Assembly: GCA_965220745.1 (NCBI GenBank)
Contig: CBDCQT010000007.1
Coordinates: forward strand, 1 to 64,000
Length of the DNA: 64,000 nucleotides
Source: Alphaproteobacteria bacterium
Lineage (GTDB): Bacteria > Pseudomonadota > Alphaproteobacteria > UBA828
Direction: 5' to 3'
Positions 62,026-64,000 of the stretch are shown here, piece after piece; position 1 is the first letter of the stretch, and every line of letters starts with the position of its first letter. The notes under the pieces were generated by a model, which was not told the origin of the DNA, ran no database searches, and worked only from the letters and a program-made list of their open reading frames with translations. A program made the translations under genes and the position numbers.

Positions 62026-62903
62026 GACTGCCGCTGCGCCTGGATGCGCCGGCCGTAGCTCTGGGTTACCCGATCGAACACGATCGCGAGCCCGACCACC
62101 GCCGCCCCGTTGAAGAGGCCGAGGGCGAAGTACTGGTTGGTGACCGCCTGGAGCACGGGCATGCCGAGGCCCTTCACGCCAATCATCGAGGCGATCACCA
62201 CCATCGAGAGCGCCATCATGATCGTCTGGTTGACGCCGGCCATGATGTTGGGCAGCGCCAGCGGCAACTGCACGCCGAAGAGCCTTCGCCAAGTACCGGC
62301 GCCGAAGGCGTCCGCCGCCTCCAGCACCTCCTGATCCACCAGGCGGATGCCGAGGTTGGTCAGCCGGATCACCGGGGGCACGGCGTAGATCACCACCGCG
62401 ATCAGCCCCGGTATCTTGCCGAGGCCGAACAGCATTACCACAGGAATCAGGTAGACGAAGATCGGCATCGTCTGCATCACGTCGAGGATCGGCGTCATGA
62501 ACGCCTGCATGCGGTCGGAACGCGACATGGCGATGCCGAGGGGAATGCCGATGGCGATGGCGATGAGGGTGGCGACGAAGATGATGGCGAGCGTGCGCAT
62601 CGTGTCCTCCCACATGCCGAGGACACCGATGATGAGGAAGGCGACGATGACGCCGAGGCTCAGCCGCACGCGCCGGCTCGCGGCGTAGCAGATGCCTGCG
62701 ATCGCGAGCACGATCACCCACCAGGGGGCGTTGAGCAGGATCCACTCGAACCTGATCAGGAGCCAGAGAAGCGGGTCGAAGGCGCTTTCGATAGCATCGC
62801 CGTAGTTGCGCGAGAAGGTCTTGTACGCTGCGTCGATCGACTTGTGGACGGCACGCAGCGTGGCAATGTCGAGAGTGGGAAAATTCAGGACCCAGTCAGT
62901 CAC
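62022..62903 (-). CDS. proW: Glycine betaine/proline-type ABC transporter permease
   Basis: LDVMQTMPIFVYLIP, EAADAFG and GVNQTIMMALSMVVIASMIG. Confidence 0.9.
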   Translation of the reverse strand: MTDWVLNFPTLDIATLRAVHKSIDAAYKTFSRNYGDAIESAFDPLLWLLIRFEWILLNAPWWVIVLAIAGICYAASRRVRLSLGVIVAFLIIGVLGMWEDTMRTLAIIFVATLIAIAIGIPLGIAMSRSDRMQAFMTPILDVMQTMPIFVYLIPVVMLFGLGKIPGLIAVVIYAVPPVIRLTNLGIRLVDQEVLEAADAFGAGTWRRLFGVQLPLALPNIMAGVNQTIMMALSMVVIASMIGVKGLGMPVLQAVTNQYFALGLFNGAAVVGLAIVFDRVTQSYGRRIQAQRQS

Positions 62904-63066
62904 GGCTCAGGCTCCCCGGTTCTGCTCCCCCGAGGACATGCCGCTCCCACCCGGGCCGCGCCGGCGCGGCTCCCCGTCCCGACGCACCATACGGTTCGCC
63001 GGGGCGGGGCGGGAGAGCGGGCCGGCGCGGACTCTTCCGGTCGGTGTCTGACCCGCCGGAAGCGGG

Positions 63067-64000
63067 CTACATTATCGCCGCCTTCACCTTGGCTGCCACG
63101 TCTTCGGACACCCAGGCGGTCCACACGTCCTCATGGTTCTTGAGGAAGTACTCCGCCGCTTCCCGCGTGGTCGCCTGATTCGAGTCCTTCCACGCCAGGA
63201 CGCTGTTCACCAGGTTATTCGGCCAGGAGACGCTGGAGACGAACCCGAAGGCGTCGGGCGCGCTCTCGGCGAAGCTCGCGGTCACCACTGTGAGCACTAC
63301 CGACTTCGCGTACATGTTTGGCTGCGGGTCGGCGCAATCCTTGTCGATGATGCAGGGCCACGTCTCCGGGTCATGCACCATTCCGCCGAGCTTCACCATC
63401 GGGTAGTTGCCGAGCAGCGCGGTCGGCGCCCAGTAGTAGGCGAAGATCGGGTTGCCGCGCTCATAGGCGCTGGCGATGGCGCCTGCCAGCCCCTCGCCGG
63501 AGCCCGGGTTGAAGATGGTGAAGCCGGCTTCGTCGAGCCCATAGGCCTTGAAGAGATTGGAGTTGACGTACTCGCAGGCCCAGCCTGGCGGGCAGCCGTA
63601 GAAGCGACCCTTGCCCGGCTCCTCCTTGTCGGGGAAGAGGTCGGGCCGCTTGATGACCTCCTGCAGGGTGGTGAGCTCCGGATTCTGCTCCACCACGTAG
63701 TCGGGAACCCACCAGCCTTCCTCGCCGCCGTCGGAGAGGATTTCGCCGGCGATCACGAGACGGCCCTCGTCCACCGCCTTTCCCACGATCTCGCGCGCTG
63801 AGTTGATCCAGACCTCGGGCGCGATATCGGGCTCGCCTTTCTCCGTCATGGAGGTGACGGTGGGCACCGTGTCGCCGGGCACGATCTCGGTATCGCAGCC
63901 GTAGCCTTCCTTGAGGATGATGTCCTCGACATGGGCCGCGACACCCGCCGAGGCCCAGGTCATCTCGGCGATGGTCACCTTGCCGCAGGCCGCATCGGCC
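63067..64000 (-). CDS. proX: Glycine betaine-type ABC transporter substrate-binding protein (5' end beyond the window)
   Basis: AEMTWAS, GCPPGWAC and YYWAP. Confidence 0.85.
   Translation of the reverse strand, partial: ADAACGKVTIAEMTWASAGVAAHVEDIILKEGYGCDTEIVPGDTVPTVTSMTEKGEPDIAPEVWINSAREIVGKAVDEGRLVIAGEILSDGGEEGWWVPDYVVEQNPELTTLQEVIKRPDLFPDKEEPGKGRFYGCPPGWACEYVNSNLFKAYGLDEAGFTIFNPGSGEGLAGAIASAYERGNPIFAYYWAPTALLGNYPMVKLGGMVHDPETWPCIIDKDCADPQPNMYAKSVVLTVVTASFAESAPDAFGFVSSVSWPNNLVNSVLAWKDSNQATTREAAEYFLKNHEDVWTAWVSEDVAAKVKAAIM

Overview
The window has two parts of different origin. Bases 1-~3805 are picocyanobacterial: ilvB, hemH with the cyanobacterial C-terminal CAB/HLIP domain, a tyrosine-recombinase-family gene and a frameshifted methyltransferase. 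At ~3806-3809 the sequence switches abruptly into the middle of an alphaproteobacterial dnaE2 that lacks its N-terminal PHP domain, most likely a chimeric or concatenated join. The remaining ~60 kb is high-GC alphaproteobacterial chromosome. Its housekeeping genes include sfsA, map, radC, ftsK-lolA, hslVU, tRNA-Val(GAC), rpmB and upp. It also carries many organic-nitrogen scavenging genes: tandem ureidopropionase-like nitrilases, an amidase, mmsA, ald, a heterotetrameric sarcosine-oxidase/N-methylglutamate-dehydrogenase operon, and urea/amide-type and betaine-type ABC transporters. The most interesting signal occurs twice, ~40 kb apart. A fused hydantoinase/oxoprolinase A+B gene sits immediately next to a small Cys4 protein (shared motif W-x6-WY-x3-I-x-NCSxCGxMxAR-x2-WV...FC-x2-KCA), with a Gfo/Idh/MocA oxidoreductase upstream. 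One Cys4 copy (57 aa, 13601-13774) is missing from the ORF track. A second notable locus is an orphan Mu-gp27/DUF3486-like gene preceded by a 120-bp MITE (14-bp terminal inverted repeats, CTAA duplication) that contains a perfect alphaproteobacterial LexA box. All family assignments are from motif recognition by eye; no database searches were run.
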